A stretch of DNA of 64,000 bases from Syntrophales bacterium (GCA_035358955.1 DAORXN010000001.1:130403-194402); one strand, 5' to 3'; positions 53,867 through 63,819 are shown, counted from the first letter of the stretch. The notes: generated by a model not told the origin, from the sequence alone. Translations and numbers: made by a program.

Positions 53867-56267
53867 AATTAACAGGGTCGATATCACACCGAAGCTTGAG
53901 GCCGGCAGGTACTCGTAAGCCTTTGACGATTTGACCAAGAGCGTGGATGGTACGCGGGTCCTTTCCCTTCACGATGATTTGCCACCGGTAGTGGCCCCTC
54001 AATCGGCTGAGGGGGGCGGGGGCGGGCCCTAAGATTTCGATGGTCCCCGGCAAATTGGGGGCCCGGAGATAATGGCCCAACCTCTTTGCCCCCTGCCACC
54101 CTCGCTCCTTGTCTACACTGGTGATCTGGATACTCATGAGGCGAGAAAAGGGAGGATACTTGAGGAACGAACGGTATGATACCTCGTTTTCGTAAAAAGA
54201 TAAGTAGTCATGGTCCTGGACGTATTTGATTACGTAATGGTCCGGGTTGAAGGTCTGAATGATCACGCGGCCCGGTGTTTCTCCCCTTCCCCCCCGACCG
54301 GCGACCTGGGTCAAAAGCTGAAAAGTCCTTTCCCCGGCGCGAAAATCAGGCAAATTGAGGGAGATATCGGCACAGATAACACCCACGAGAGCGATATGGG
54401 GAAAGTCATGGCCCTTGGAAATCATCTGGGTGCCGACCACGATGTCCGCCTCTTTCTCTTGTATGGACCTTAGGATCTTGCTCCTCACCGATGGGTTCTC
54501 GGCAATATCCCGGTCCAGACGGCATACGCGGGCGGAAGGAAAGAATTGTTGCACCAAGGCGGAAACCTTCTGGGTACCCACGCCGTAACCTGCCAACTGA
54601 GCGCCCCCGCATCGAGGACAGTGGGTGATGCTATCCGAGGAGTAATCACAGTAATGACAAACAAGCCGCGCCGGTAAATGATGGAGGGTGAGGCTCAAAT
54701 CGCAATTCGGGCACTTAAATGTATAACCACAGCTCTTACAAATTAGGAAAGGGTGAAACCCTCGGCGGTTGAGGAAGAGGACAACTTGAGCTCCCCTTTT
54801 CAGGGTGTCTCCGATCGCTTCTTTTAGGGGGGGGGAAATAATCTCATCCCCCGGCCCTACGAGCCTCATGTCTACAATTTCGACCGTGGGCAAGGGGCGC
54901 ATCTCCACCCGGCGGGGAAGGGAAAGCAAGCTTAAGCCCCCCTTTTGCGCCAGGTGATAAGTCTGGACGGACGGGGTGGCAGACCCTAAGATCACGGTAA
55001 CATTTTGCATTTTCCCCCGGACAAGGGCCAGGTCCCGTGCGTTGTAAGGGAACCTCTCTTCCTGTTTGTATGATTCGTCGTGCTCCTCATCTACTATAAT
55101 GAGACGCAGGTTATGGATGGGCGCAAACACAGAAGATCGAGCGCCACAGGCCAATTTAATCTTGCCATTCTTCAGGGCTCGCCAGCTTGTAAACTTTACC
55201 TGGTCGGGAATCCCGCTGTGGAGGAGGGCGATTTCCTCTTCGGGGAATCTCTCCCTAAGCCGACCTACGAGCTGGGGGGTAAGGGCAATCTCCGGTACCA
55301 GGTAAAGGATGCCACCTCCCTGCTTCAAAACGTATTCCATCGCCCGAAGGTAAACTTCCGTTTTCCCACTCCCCGTGACCCCGTGAAGAAGGAAGGGGGT
55401 AAATTGATGCGATTGAATGGCATGGGTTATTTTCTGAATGGCGCTCTTTTGGTCTTCGTTGAGCTCGATATTGCCTGGGATGAACTCCAGGGTATCGTAA
55501 GGTACGGGGGAGATGTTGGTAAGGGGTCTGGTTTTTTTGACGAGGATGCCCTTTTGGATCAACCGGGCGATGACATTTCTGGACACACCGGTAAGGTGGA
55601 GAAGGCTTGCATAAGAGAGGCTTTCATCATTTCTCAGGGCCGCGACCACTTTTTCCTGGGCGGGGGTGAGATTTGCGAGCAGTGAAAGTTCTCCACTCAA
55701 AGAGACCAAGGTTTCCTTCTTTTCCCCGACCGGCCTTCCCGTTTCCTTTTCGCAAGCCTCGATTAACCCTGCCTTTAATAGGCGGGCAAGGGCGTATTCG
55801 ATATGGGACGTCTTTAACTTTTTTCTGAGGCTGTTCTTCGATAGTCCCCGAGGATAACACCTTAATATATCTAATATTTCTCTTTGCACCGGCGGAATTT
55901 GGTCGAGGTCTGCCTCGCCGCCGAGGGGGGTAATTTTCAAATGTTGGATCGATTTTTTCTCTCCCCCCGGCAGGATTTCCCCCAGGGCCTTCCCTAAAGG
56001 ATAGAGGTAATAATCTGCTGCCCAGCGGTAGAAGCGTAACTCTTCTGATCCGAAGAGGGGTTCCGTATCCACGAGATCGATGATGTCCTTGACGGGAAGA
56101 AAAGGGGGGGCAGGGGCGAAGAGCTCTACAATTACACCGGTTTTCTTTGTCCTCCCAAAAGGCACATAAACCCTCATCCCGACATGGACTACCTGTTCCC
56201 AGTGGTCGGGCACACGATAGGTAAATGTTTGGTGGGATTGGATATTTAGGGCAATTTGGGCCAGCAT
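53859..56267 (-). CDS. priA: primosomal protein N' (replication restart helicase)
   Basis: 802 aa. Walker A GVTGSGKTEVY, DEEHD, a Cys-rich zinc-binding insertion (CKSCG...CPNC...CHYC...CPRCG) and motif VI. Confidence 0.95.
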   Translation of the reverse strand: MLAQIALNIQSHQTFTYRVPDHWEQVVHVGMRVYVPFGRTKKTGVIVELFAPAPPFLPVKDIIDLVDTEPLFGSEELRFYRWAADYYLYPLGKALGEILPGGEKKSIQHLKITPLGGEADLDQIPPVQREILDILRCYPRGLSKNSLRKKLKTSHIEYALARLLKAGLIEACEKETGRPVGEKKETLVSLSGELSLLANLTPAQEKVVAALRNDESLSYASLLHLTGVSRNVIARLIQKGILVKKTRPLTNISPVPYDTLEFIPGNIELNEDQKSAIQKITHAIQSHQFTPFLLHGVTGSGKTEVYLRAMEYVLKQGGGILYLVPEIALTPQLVGRLRERFPEEEIALLHSGIPDQVKFTSWRALKNGKIKLACGARSSVFAPIHNLRLIIVDEEHDESYKQEERFPYNARDLALVRGKMQNVTVILGSATPSVQTYHLAQKGGLSLLSLPRRVEMRPLPTVEIVDMRLVGPGDEIISPPLKEAIGDTLKRGAQVVLFLNRRGFHPFLICKSCGYTFKCPNCDLSLTLHHLPARLVCHYCDYSSDSITHCPRCGGAQLAGYGVGTQKVSALVQQFFPSARVCRLDRDIAENPSVRSKILRSIQEKEADIVVGTQMISKGHDFPHIALVGVICADISLNLPDFRAGERTFQLLTQVAGRGGRGETPGRVIIQTFNPDHYVIKYVQDHDYLSFYENEVSYRSFLKYPPFSRLMSIQITSVDKERGWQGAKRLGHYLRAPNLPGTIEILGPAPAPLSRLRGHYRWQIIVKGKDPRTIHALGQIVKGLRVPAGLKLRCDIDPVNFM

Positions 56268-56300
56268 AGGGTGATCGCCAGGGTTCTTTGCTGGCGAGCA

Positions 56301-56669
56301 TCAATCACCCATGAGTTTTTCCATCTTTTCCTGCTTCATTTTGCAATCGATACAGAGGGTGGTAACTGGCCTTGCCATGAGGCGTTTTTCCGAGATCTCC
56401 CCACCGCAAGCCTGACAGATGCCATAGGTGCCGTCGTCGATCCTTTGGATGGCTTCTCGCATCTTTTGGATTAGTTTCCTTTCCCGGTCACGGATTCTCA
56501 ACTCGAAGTTCCGATCCGATTCCAGAGAGGCACGGTCGCTGGGGTCGGGATACGTTTCTTTATCGTTCGTCATCTCGGAGACGGTTTTTTCGGCCTCGCT
56601 CAGGAGTTTGTTGATTTCCTGGGTAAGCATGAAGCGGAAAAATTCGAGACGTTCAGGTTTAAGTGGCAT
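56301..56669 (-). CDS. dksA: DksA/TraR-family C4 zinc-finger protein
   Basis: Coiled-coil N-terminus, conserved acidic tip region and CQACGGEI...CIDC zinc finger. Confidence 0.88.
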   Translation of the reverse strand: MPLKPERLEFFRFMLTQEINKLLSEAEKTVSEMTNDKETYPDPSDRASLESDRNFELRIRDRERKLIQKMREAIQRIDDGTYGICQACGGEISEKRLMARPVTTLCIDCKMKQEKMEKLMGD

Positions 56670-56713
56670 TTTTTCACCTCATACCGTTTTTCCCGTTACG
56701 CCGAGGGGGACTT

Positions 56714-56742
56714 TCTATACATGATAACGCACCTTTTGTCAA
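56714..56742 (-). promoter_or_regulatory. sigma70-like promoter TTGACA-17 nt-TATAGA for dksA
   Basis: On the minus strand: -35 at 56742-56737 and -10 at 56719-56714, about 40 nt before ATG 56669. Confidence 0.45.
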
Positions 56743-56749
56743 AGAAAAA

Positions 56750-58300
56750 TCACCCGATGATTTTTTTTATCTCTTCGTAAAGGGGCCTTAATCGGCGATA
56801 CATCTCCTTGTAGACCCGCTGGTAGAGGGAATCGTATATTTCATGGATATGGGGGTTGGGTTCGAAGGTCTTTCCCGGATGAACCATCTCCCGGATGGCG
56901 GTGGAGAAATCGGGGTGAATGCCCAGCCCAACGGAGGCATCGATCGCTGCTCCCAGGCCGGATGCCTCGTATACATGAGGCCTGGTGACGGCCAGACCGA
57001 ATAGATCGGCCGAAAGTTGGAGAATGGAATCGCTCTGCGACCCCCCTCCTGCCACCCGAATATCCGTGATGGGGAGACCACTTCTCTTTTCCAGTCGTTC
57101 TTTACCCTCCCGCAGGGCGTATGCGAGGCCTTCGATGATGGCACGATACAGGTGGGCCCGATTGTGGACATCACCGAACCCAATGATGGCGCCCCTCGCT
57201 TCCGGTCCCGGGACCTTCAAACCGGGAGACCAGTAAGGCTGGAGTATCAAGCCCCGGGCCCCGGGAGGTGAGTACTTCAGTAATTCTTCTAACAATTCTT
57301 CTACTTCCACTCCCTTTTCTTCGGCCAGCTGCTGCTCTTGATGGGCAAATTCTTGCTTGAACCAATTTACCATCCAGAATCCACGATAAATCATTATTTC
57401 CAGGGAATAGTGACCTGGGATGGCAGCGGGATAAGGAGGGATCATGGGAATGGCTTCGAGGTAATGCTTATGGGTCGTGTTGATGGTCGCTGTGGTGCCG
57501 TAACTCAAGCAAGCCTGGTGGGGCTCGAGGCACCCGGCACCGAGGACCTCGCATGCTTTATCTGCCGCGGAGGCGATCAGGGGCAACCCTTCGGGAATGC
57601 CCGTTTTTTCGCTGGCCAAGCGGCTTATACGCCCCAGTTCCTGAGCGGGTGGGATCAAATCCGGCAACATCTCTCGCTCGATGGGCAGCACCTTCCATTT
57701 CCAGTCCCATCGAGCAGCCCAGCGATGCCGCCGATAATCGAACGGGACGTATCCCACCTGGGCCGCGATGGAATCGACGAATCTCCCCGTAAATTTGTAG
57801 GCAAGGTATCCGGATAAAAACAGATATTTGTAAGTATTCTTCCACACTTCCGGTTCGTGCACGGCAATCCAGTTGGCTTCTGCTTCGGCCTGGAGGTAAG
57901 AGATGGTCTCCCTGTTGCCCGTGAGGGTAAAAAGGATACCCCATAGACCTTTGGGAGGGGTCAACCCTTCCGTCCGCCTTTGGTCGAGCCAGACGATGGC
58001 GCGCCTCAAGGGTTTGCCTTGTTTATCCACGTTGATGACCGTTGAGCGTTGTGTGGTCAGGGTTACCCCGGCCAAAGCCGAGGGGGAAACTTGGCCTGAT
58101 TGCCATAGTTTCTGACAGGCTTGGGCAACCATTTCCCAGTAGTAATCGGGGTCCTGTTCGGCCCAGCCCGGTTGCGGAGAGATGTAAGGCTCGATGAACA
58201 CGCGTGATTTTGCCATGAGCCGACCTCGAGGGTCGAAGACAAGAGCCCGAACGCTTTGGGTACCGTGGTCGATGGCTAAAATGAGCTCTTTTGCGGGCAT
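56750..58300 (-). CDS. FGGY-family carbohydrate kinase (xylulokinase-like)
   Basis: 516 aa with N-terminal [17 protein letters not shown] and C domains and a GGGSQS motif. Confidence 0.88.
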   Translation of the reverse strand: MPAKELILAIDHGTQSVRALVFDPRGRLMAKSRVFIEPYISPQPGWAEQDPDYYWEMVAQACQKLWQSGQVSPSALAGVTLTTQRSTVINVDKQGKPLRRAIVWLDQRRTEGLTPPKGLWGILFTLTGNRETISYLQAEAEANWIAVHEPEVWKNTYKYLFLSGYLAYKFTGRFVDSIAAQVGYVPFDYRRHRWAARWDWKWKVLPIEREMLPDLIPPAQELGRISRLASEKTGIPEGLPLIASAADKACEVLGAGCLEPHQACLSYGTTATINTTHKHYLEAIPMIPPYPAAIPGHYSLEIMIYRGFWMVNWFKQEFAHQEQQLAEEKGVEVEELLEELLKYSPPGARGLILQPYWSPGLKVPGPEARGAIIGFGDVHNRAHLYRAIIEGLAYALREGKERLEKRSGLPITDIRVAGGGSQSDSILQLSADLFGLAVTRPHVYEASGLGAAIDASVGLGIHPDFSTAIREMVHPGKTFEPNPHIHEIYDSLYQRVYKEMYRRLRPLYEEIKKIIG

Positions 58301-58302
58301 GG

Positions 58303-58782
58303 CTATTTGAGCTCGGTATCCGTGATGCGTTTGATGAGGTTGGTCGTCGATTTCCCTTCGGTAAAGGGAATGGTCGTGACCTTTCCTCCCCGGCTTTCGA
58401 CTATGTCGCGGCCCACGATTTTTTCTTGGTCCCAGTCTCCGCCTTTGACCAGGACGTCCGGCACGATGATGGCGATGAGGTTATAAGGGGTGTCTTCATC
58501 AAAGACCGTTATGTAATCCACAAATTCCAGGGCGGCAAGAATCTCCGCCCGGTCCTCTTGGCATGAAATGGGTCGGTGGGGGCCTTTGAGCCTTCTTACC
58601 GAGTCGTCGCTGTTCAACCCCACGATGAGGACATCCCCCAGCTCTTTGGCTGCCCTGAGATACCGCACGTGGCCCACATGAATGAGGTCGAAACAGCCGT
58701 TGGTGAATACGATCTTTTTCCCTTCCTCTCTTAAGGCTTTGACGACGGTCAAAAGGGCCTCTCTCGTTAATATTTTGTCCAT
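58303..58782 (-). CDS. hldC: D-glycero-beta-D-manno-heptose 1-phosphate adenylyltransferase (RfaE domain II type)
   Basis: 159-aa cytidylyltransferase fold with [16 protein letters not shown] (HxGH). Confidence 0.88.
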   Translation of the reverse strand: MDKILTREALLTVVKALREEGKKIVFTNGCFDLIHVGHVRYLRAAKELGDVLIVGLNSDDSVRRLKGPHRPISCQEDRAEILAALEFVDYITVFDEDTPYNLIAIIVPDVLVKGGDWDQEKIVGRDIVESRGGKVTTIPFTEGKSTTNLIKRITDTELK

Positions 58783-58794
58783 ACTTTTCCCTGT

Positions 58795-59514
58795 TTAAAC
58801 GGCCCTCGCCAAGGTAAGGACAGATACGTCCCGGGCGCCGGTTTGCATCAAAACGCGGGCACATTCGTTGACGGTGCCCCCCGTGGTGAACACATCGTCG
58901 ATGAGGAGAATTTTCTTGTTTTTTATCGCCCGTGGATTGGTAACCAAGAAAGCGCCTCGGACATTTCTCTCCCTTTCTTCTTTTTTAAGGGCCACTTGGG
59001 GCTTCGTGTCCACACGTCGCCTTAGGGCCGAACAATCGCATGGAATCTGGTGGCGGCGTGCCACTTCCCTCGCCAAGATCAAGGCCTGATTGAAGGTTCT
59101 TTCCCTCAGTTTATGATTGTGCAGGGGCACGGGGATGACAACGTCAAAAGTTTTGAAATCTAAATCGAAATAGTTCTTTTCCGCCATCAGCCGTCCCAGG
59201 TAGTGGCCGAGGGTTCGATTTCCGTGATACTTAAACTGGTGGATGAGATGAAGCAGGGGAGGTTCATAGAAACCCAGGGCGCGGGCCCGCTGAAAGGCCG
59301 GGGGGCGAAGGAGGCACTCCCCACAAGGATGGTTTACCTCCGGAAGGGGATACGTTGTGCCGCAGATGGGGCACATTGGGGGTGAGATGAATTTTATGGC
59401 TTGGGCACATTCTGGACAGAGGATACGATTTTCCCCGGCGTTGATGAGGCTCTCGCAGGCGGCACATTGAGGGGGAAATATACAATCCAAGACGGCCCGA
59501 AGCTCATCGATCAA
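58795..59514 (-). CDS. comF: ComF-family protein (phosphoribosyltransferase fold)
   Basis: N-terminal double CxxC zinc motifs and a C-terminal PRTase motif ILLIDDVFTTGGT. TTG start overlapping the rsfS stop (TTGA). Confidence 0.85.
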   Translation of the reverse strand: MIDELRAVLDCIFPPQCAACESLINAGENRILCPECAQAIKFISPPMCPICGTTYPLPEVNHPCGECLLRPPAFQRARALGFYEPPLLHLIHQFKYHGNRTLGHYLGRLMAEKNYFDLDFKTFDVVIPVPLHNHKLRERTFNQALILAREVARRHQIPCDCSALRRRVDTKPQVALKKEERERNVRGAFLVTNPRAIKNKKILLIDDVFTTGGTVNECARVLMQTGARDVSVLTLARAV

Positions 59515-59915
59515 TCTGCCAAATCCCCTCCTAATTCTTTTATTTCCATCGCGTTTTCATCAATGGCCATTTGCGGGGCCTCATGCCATAACTTCTCCAA
59601 ATCGTAAAAAGCCCGGATGGGGTCGTAAAAGATGTGGACGATTACGTCATCGTAGTCCATGAGGATCCAGTGTCCGTATTCCTTACCCTCTATCCCGCGG
59701 GGGAATATGCCCTGCTTACCCAACGCTTCTTCCAACCATGAGGCGATGGCCTTTACCTGGCGGTCCGATGAACCGCTGCAGATGAAGAAGTAGTCCGCAA
59801 AGGAGGAGTATTGTTTGATTTTGAGGATGACGGGGGCCTTGGCTTTTCTCTGTAAGGCCGCATTGACTACTTTAAGCAGCCTCTCTGATGAACTTTGCTC
59901 GGGCGCCTTTTTCAT
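59511..59915 (-). CDS. rsfS: ribosome silencing factor
   Basis: Iojap/RsfS motifs (DYFFICSGSSDRQVKAIA, WILMDYDDVIVHIF). Start is ATG 59915 or TTG 59951 (the latter has a GAAAGGG SD). Confidence 0.88.
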   Translation of the reverse strand: MKKAPEQSSSERLLKVVNAALQRKAKAPVILKIKQYSSFADYFFICSGSSDRQVKAIASWLEEALGKQGIFPRGIEGKEYGHWILMDYDDVIVHIFYDPIRAFYDLEKLWHEAPQMAIDENAMEIKELGGDLAD

Positions 59916-59996
59916 GGTGGCGAAAATAGCATGGTTACGAGCTATCGTCAATTAACTTTACCCTTTCACGTTGAGGGCAAGGTCGCCTTATGATAA

Positions 59997-60791
59997 ATGG
60001 GGTGCATGGATCTGGTATCAAAGAAAATCATGGTGCACGTGCCTTTTGGTGAGCTCCATCGGCGTTACCTCCCCCTGATCTGCGAGCGAAAATTGCCGCC
60101 GGAGATCAGTTTTGATGTCTATAGTTTGAGTAATTTTTCGGAGCGGGATTTTCGGTATGTGGCCGATAAGTTAGGGGAGGCAGGGCTTTCGGTAACCTTT
60201 CATGCGCCGTTTATGGATCTCCGGCCAGGGGCCGTTGATCCGGCCATCAGGCAGGCCTCTGTGCGCCGCATTGAAGAAGTGCTATCCCTCGTTCCCCTTT
60301 ACCGTCCCTTGGGCATTGTCTGTCATCCTTCCTTCGATCGCCGTTATTACGTTTCCACCGATGAATTATGGTTGCAAAACAGCATAGAAACGTGGACCTA
60401 TCTATCACGGCGGGCGGAAGAGTTGGGGACCGTTATCGCCCTGGAAAACGTATACGAAGACGAGCCCCTCATTTTGGCCCGGCTTCTTTCGGCCGTAAAT
60501 TCAACCACTTGCAGATTTTGTTTTGATACGGGTCATTTTAACGTCTTTTCCCGGGCCAAATTGGAGGAGTGGATAGAGATGTTGGGAGACTATCTGTTCG
60601 AGGTCCACTTGCACGACAACCAAGGGATGGCAGACGAACATCGCCATATCGGCGCGGGTACCTTTCCTTTCACGGATTTCTTCGCGTTGTTGCGGAAAAA
60701 AGGGCTTCATCCCCTTTTGACCTTGGAGGCCCATCGCGAAGACGAATTATGGAAATCCCTCACTAATCTAAGCGAAAAGATGGGAGCTTAG
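59997..60791 (+). CDS. sugar phosphate isomerase/epimerase (xylose isomerase-like TIM barrel, AP endonuclease 2 superfamily)
   Basis: HAPF, ALEN, DTGH and HLHDN metal-ligand pattern typical of this fold. Confidence 0.78.
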   Translation: MGCMDLVSKKIMVHVPFGELHRRYLPLICERKLPPEISFDVYSLSNFSERDFRYVADKLGEAGLSVTFHAPFMDLRPGAVDPAIRQASVRRIEEVLSLVPLYRPLGIVCHPSFDRRYYVSTDELWLQNSIETWTYLSRRAEELGTVIALENVYEDEPLILARLLSAVNSTTCRFCFDTGHFNVFSRAKLEEWIEMLGDYLFEVHLHDNQGMADEHRHIGAGTFPFTDFFALLRKKGLHPLLTLEAHREDELWKSLTNLSEKMGA

Positions 60792-60797
60792 CCATCT

Positions 60798-61772
60798 ATG
60801 TGGCAGTATGTACTAAAGAGGATTGCCTTCATGATTCCCATTCTCTTGGGTATCACGGTAATATGTTTTACGGTCATGCATTTGGCGCCCGGCTCACCAA
60901 CGGACCTGCAAACCCAGATGAACCCGAGGGCCTCGGCGGAATTGAAGGCAAGACTCATGGCCATGTACGATCTGGATAAACCGCTTTACCTGCAGTATTG
61001 GCTTTGGCTAAAACGGATCGCCGTTTTTGATTTCGGTCGGTCATTTTCTCCCGATCGCCGACCGGTAGTCGAAAAAATAAAGGAGCGGATACCCATAACG
61101 ATTGCCATCAATCTCCTTTCCCTCTTGGCTATTCTCGCCGTGGCCATACCCCTGGGGGTCATGGCCGCCATTCATCGGGGCACGCTTTTCGATAACCTGA
61201 CCTCTATTTTCGTATTTATCGGCTTTGCCATGCCTACCTTCTGGCTTGCCCTGCTCCTCATGATCTTGTTCGGTATCTATTTAGACTGGCTTCCCATCTC
61301 CGGGATTCGCTCTTTAAATTACGAGTACCTCCCCCCCCTGACCGCCTTTTGGGATCTGATAAAGCATCTCATCTTGCCCGTCTTCCTTTCCGCTTTTGGA
61401 GGACTGGCGGGTTTTTCCCGATTTATGAAGGCCAATATGTTGGAGGTCATCCGGCAGGACTACATAATGACCGCCCGGGCAAAGGGTTTATCAGAAAGGG
61501 TGGTGATTTACAAACACGCCCTGCGCAATGCCCTTTTACCGGTGATCACCATATTAGGGCTATCCGTGCCCGGTCTGATCGGGGGGAGCGTAGTGTTCGA
61601 GACGATTTTTGCCATCCCCGGGATGGGGCAACTTTTCTATATGTCCGTTATGGCAAGAGATTACCCGACGGTGATGGGGATTCTTTTCATCGGGGCCGTT
61701 CTTACCTTAATCGGGAACCTGCTCGCCGATGTTTCTTATGCCTTGGCCGATCCCAGAATTCGTGTGAGGTAA
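60798..61772 (+). CDS. ABC transporter permease, oligopeptide/dipeptide type (OppB/DppB-like)
   Basis: 324 aa, multi-TM, with the EAA-like loop [25 protein letters not shown]. Confidence 0.9.
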   Translation: MWQYVLKRIAFMIPILLGITVICFTVMHLAPGSPTDLQTQMNPRASAELKARLMAMYDLDKPLYLQYWLWLKRIAVFDFGRSFSPDRRPVVEKIKERIPITIAINLLSLLAILAVAIPLGVMAAIHRGTLFDNLTSIFVFIGFAMPTFWLALLLMILFGIYLDWLPISGIRSLNYEYLPPLTAFWDLIKHLILPVFLSAFGGLAGFSRFMKANMLEVIRQDYIMTARAKGLSERVVIYKHALRNALLPVITILGLSVPGLIGGSVVFETIFAIPGMGQLFYMSVMARDYPTVMGILFIGAVLTLIGNLLADVSYALADPRIRVR

Positions 61773-61778
61773 AGGGGT

Positions 61779-62612
61779 ATGTTTCCCGGTTTCTGGTCTC
61801 GATTCAAAAAAAACAAAATGGCCCTCACGGGCGCGATCTTAGTGGTTTCTCTTTTCCTCGTTGCCTTTCTCGCCCCGTGGATTGCCCCCTATAACCCCGA
61901 AGAGATAGATCTATCTCAGGTGCTCGCGCCCCCTTCTTCGTCCCACTGGTTGGGAACGGACCAATTGGGGAGGGACGTTTTGAGCCGTATGATTTGGGGG
62001 GCGAGGATTTCCCTCCAAGTAGGGATCGTCTCTACCGGAGTAGCCTTGGTCATCGGGATCTTTTTGGGGGCGATGGCCGGATATTACGGCGGATGGGTGG
62101 ACGCCGTCATAATGAGGTTTGTCGATATCATGTTGTGCTTTCCCACGTTCTTTCTTATTCTGGCCGTTATCGCCTTTCTTGAGCCCTCCATCTGGAACAT
62201 TATGATCGTGATCGGCGCCACGGGATGGATGGGTATCACTCGTCTGGTAAGGGCCGATTTTATTTCCCTACGGGAAAGGGATTTTGTTTTGGCGGCCAAG
62301 GCCATCGGGGCGAGCGATTTGCGCATTATTTTTTCTCACATCTTGCCCAATGCGATGGCCTCGGTGCTCGTGGCGGCTACGTTAGGGGTAGCCGGGGCCA
62401 TCCTTACCGAATCGGCCTTGAGCTTTTTGGGGATTGGCGTCCAACCTCCCACCCCCAGTTGGGGCAACATATTGACCGCGGGGAAGGACAATATCGATGT
62501 GGCTTGGTGGCTTTCCCTCTTTCCGGGTCTGGCCATTCTCATAACGGTTATGGGCTATAATTTGTTAGGTGAAGGTATTCGCGACGCCATGGATCCCCGG
62601 TTAGAGGCTTGA
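61779..62612 (+). CDS. ABC transporter permease, oligopeptide/dipeptide type (OppC/DppC-like)
   Basis: HWLGTDQLGRDVLSR motif and the EAA-like loop DFVLAAKAIGASDLRIIFSHILPN. Confidence 0.9.
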   Translation: MFPGFWSRFKKNKMALTGAILVVSLFLVAFLAPWIAPYNPEEIDLSQVLAPPSSSHWLGTDQLGRDVLSRMIWGARISLQVGIVSTGVALVIGIFLGAMAGYYGGWVDAVIMRFVDIMLCFPTFFLILAVIAFLEPSIWNIMIVIGATGWMGITRLVRADFISLRERDFVLAAKAIGASDLRIIFSHILPNAMASVLVAATLGVAGAILTESALSFLGIGVQPPTPSWGNILTAGKDNIDVAWWLSLFPGLAILITVMGYNLLGEGIRDAMDPRLEA

Positions 62613-62657
62613 AAAAAAGAAACCCCCTTCCACTTGGGTGCAAGGGGGTTTCTTTTC
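62611..62657. terminator. bidirectional intrinsic terminator
   Basis: A7-GAAACCCCCTT-12-nt loop-AAGGGGGTTTC-TTTT, between the convergent permease gene and the small KAE-rich gene. Confidence 0.85.
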
Positions 62658-62669
62658 CCAGGGGATAAA

Positions 62670-62891
62670 TTACTTCTTCTCGGCTGCGCCAGCGCCTTCC
62701 TCGGCCTTCTTCTCTTCGGCCTTCTTCGCCTTCTTCGCCGGCTTCTTTGCCTTCTTTGCCTTCTTTTCCGCCTTCTCCTCTACCTTGGGCTTCTCGGCGG
62801 CCTTCTCTTCCTTCGCTGCCTGTGCGAAGGCCATGCCGGACAAGGACAGAGCGAACAGGATGGAAACCAAAATCGAAAGTAGCTTCTTCAC
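62670..62891 (-). CDS. small secreted Lys/Ala/Glu-rich low-complexity protein (hypothetical)
   Basis: GTG start 9 nt after GGAGG. Signal peptide MKKLLSILVSILFALSLSGMAFA|Q. The mature part is only K/A/E/P/G/V. Followed by a strong terminator. Confidence 0.6.
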   Translation of the reverse strand: MKKLLSILVSILFALSLSGMAFAQAAKEEKAAEKPKVEEKAEKKAKKAKKPAKKAKKAEEKKAEEGAGAAEKK

Positions 62892-63012
62892 TCGTCTTCA
62901 CCTCCTTTCTTTTCGAACTTGATAATTGACATTCAATTTACGTGCCATGAGCAGGGACCCCTTTTGTCCAATTATATTGAGTATATTGAAACACGCCGGG
63001 GTCCTGGTTTTG

Positions 63013-63047
63013 GGGAAATATTCCCCTCATTATGAGGAATATTTCCC
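63013..63047. repeat. 12-bp perfect inverted repeat spanning the stop codon of the DedA-like gene
   Basis: GGGAAATATTCC (63013-63024) and GGAATATTTCCC (63036-63047), separated by 11 nt. Confidence 0.6.
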
Positions 63048-63755
63048 ATCCGAGCCGTTTTCTTTTTTTTCTCCTGGCGGATAGTGCTTTCTTTTTTGCA
63101 CTACTTTTGCCAGCAGTTGCTCGCGGTAACGGTAGGCGAGGCCGACGATTACCAAGCAGATTAAGAGAGGAATAAGGAGGGCGCTATTTAATCCGTTCCT
63201 CAGGAGGTCTCCACTGGCGGAGAGCATGATAGTGCCTAACAGCCTTCCGCTTACCGAAATGATGAGAAAGGGAAAGGTTTTCAAATGACTTAGGCCGAGC
63301 ATGTAGCAAAGGGCGTCTTTGGGAAAGCCTGGGATTAAGAACAGAGCCAAGATTACGAGCTTGCCCTGGTGGGTGATGAATCGATCGTATTTCTGAAAAA
63401 GGTCCGCCTTGATGAAACGTTCTACTAAGGGGAGGCCAAAGATACGAGCCAGGATGAAGGCGATCCAAGAACCCAGGGTGAGACCCAGCGTAGAGTAAAG
63501 GGTGCCCCAGTATATCCCGTAGATATAACCCCCGATAAAACCCGTCACCTCTCCCGGAACGGGGGCAAACACGACCTGCAGGGCTTGGAGCCCGATGAAA
63601 GCCACGACCGACCAGGGGCCCATGTCTTTTATAAACTTAAGGAGGCGTTCTTTGTCCGTAAAAAGCAAGTGGAGATCGAAGTGAAAGAAGAAATAAATGC
63701 CAATCGCCGTGAGGATGACAAAGACGATTATTTTTGCGGCCAATTTTCTGTCCAT
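63030..63755 (-). CDS. DedA/TVP38/TMEM64-family membrane protein
   Basis: 241 aa, multi-TM, with the conserved PVPGEVTGFIGGYIYG re-entrant loop motif. Confidence 0.85.
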   Translation of the reverse strand: MDRKLAAKIIVFVILTAIGIYFFFHFDLHLLFTDKERLLKFIKDMGPWSVVAFIGLQALQVVFAPVPGEVTGFIGGYIYGIYWGTLYSTLGLTLGSWIAFILARIFGLPLVERFIKADLFQKYDRFITHQGKLVILALFLIPGFPKDALCYMLGLSHLKTFPFLIISVSGRLLGTIMLSASGDLLRNGLNSALLIPLLICLVIVGLAYRYREQLLAKVVQKRKHYPPGEKKENGSDGKYSS

Positions 63756-63819
63756 ATTTCGCTTCCATAAATGATGACGCGCTTTATTTCAACTGTAAAG
63801 CGCTTTTGCGTACCATGTA

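Noticed and set aside
62548-62929. Alternative ORFs in other frames and on the other strand across the KAE-repeat region (62548-62901 minus; 62634-62882, 62638-62922 and 62747-62929 plus).
   Set aside because: They are artefacts of the 9-nt repeat keeping several frames open. Only 62670-62891 on the minus strand has an SD, a signal peptide and a terminator.
63778-63806. Plus-strand hairpin GCGCTTTA-9 nt-TAAAGCGC followed by TTTT, which looks like an intrinsic terminator.
   Set aside because: No plus-strand gene lies upstream of it. The nearest one ends at a strong terminator 1.1 kb away. It sits in the 5' region of the minus-strand DedA gene, so its role is unclear and it is not called.
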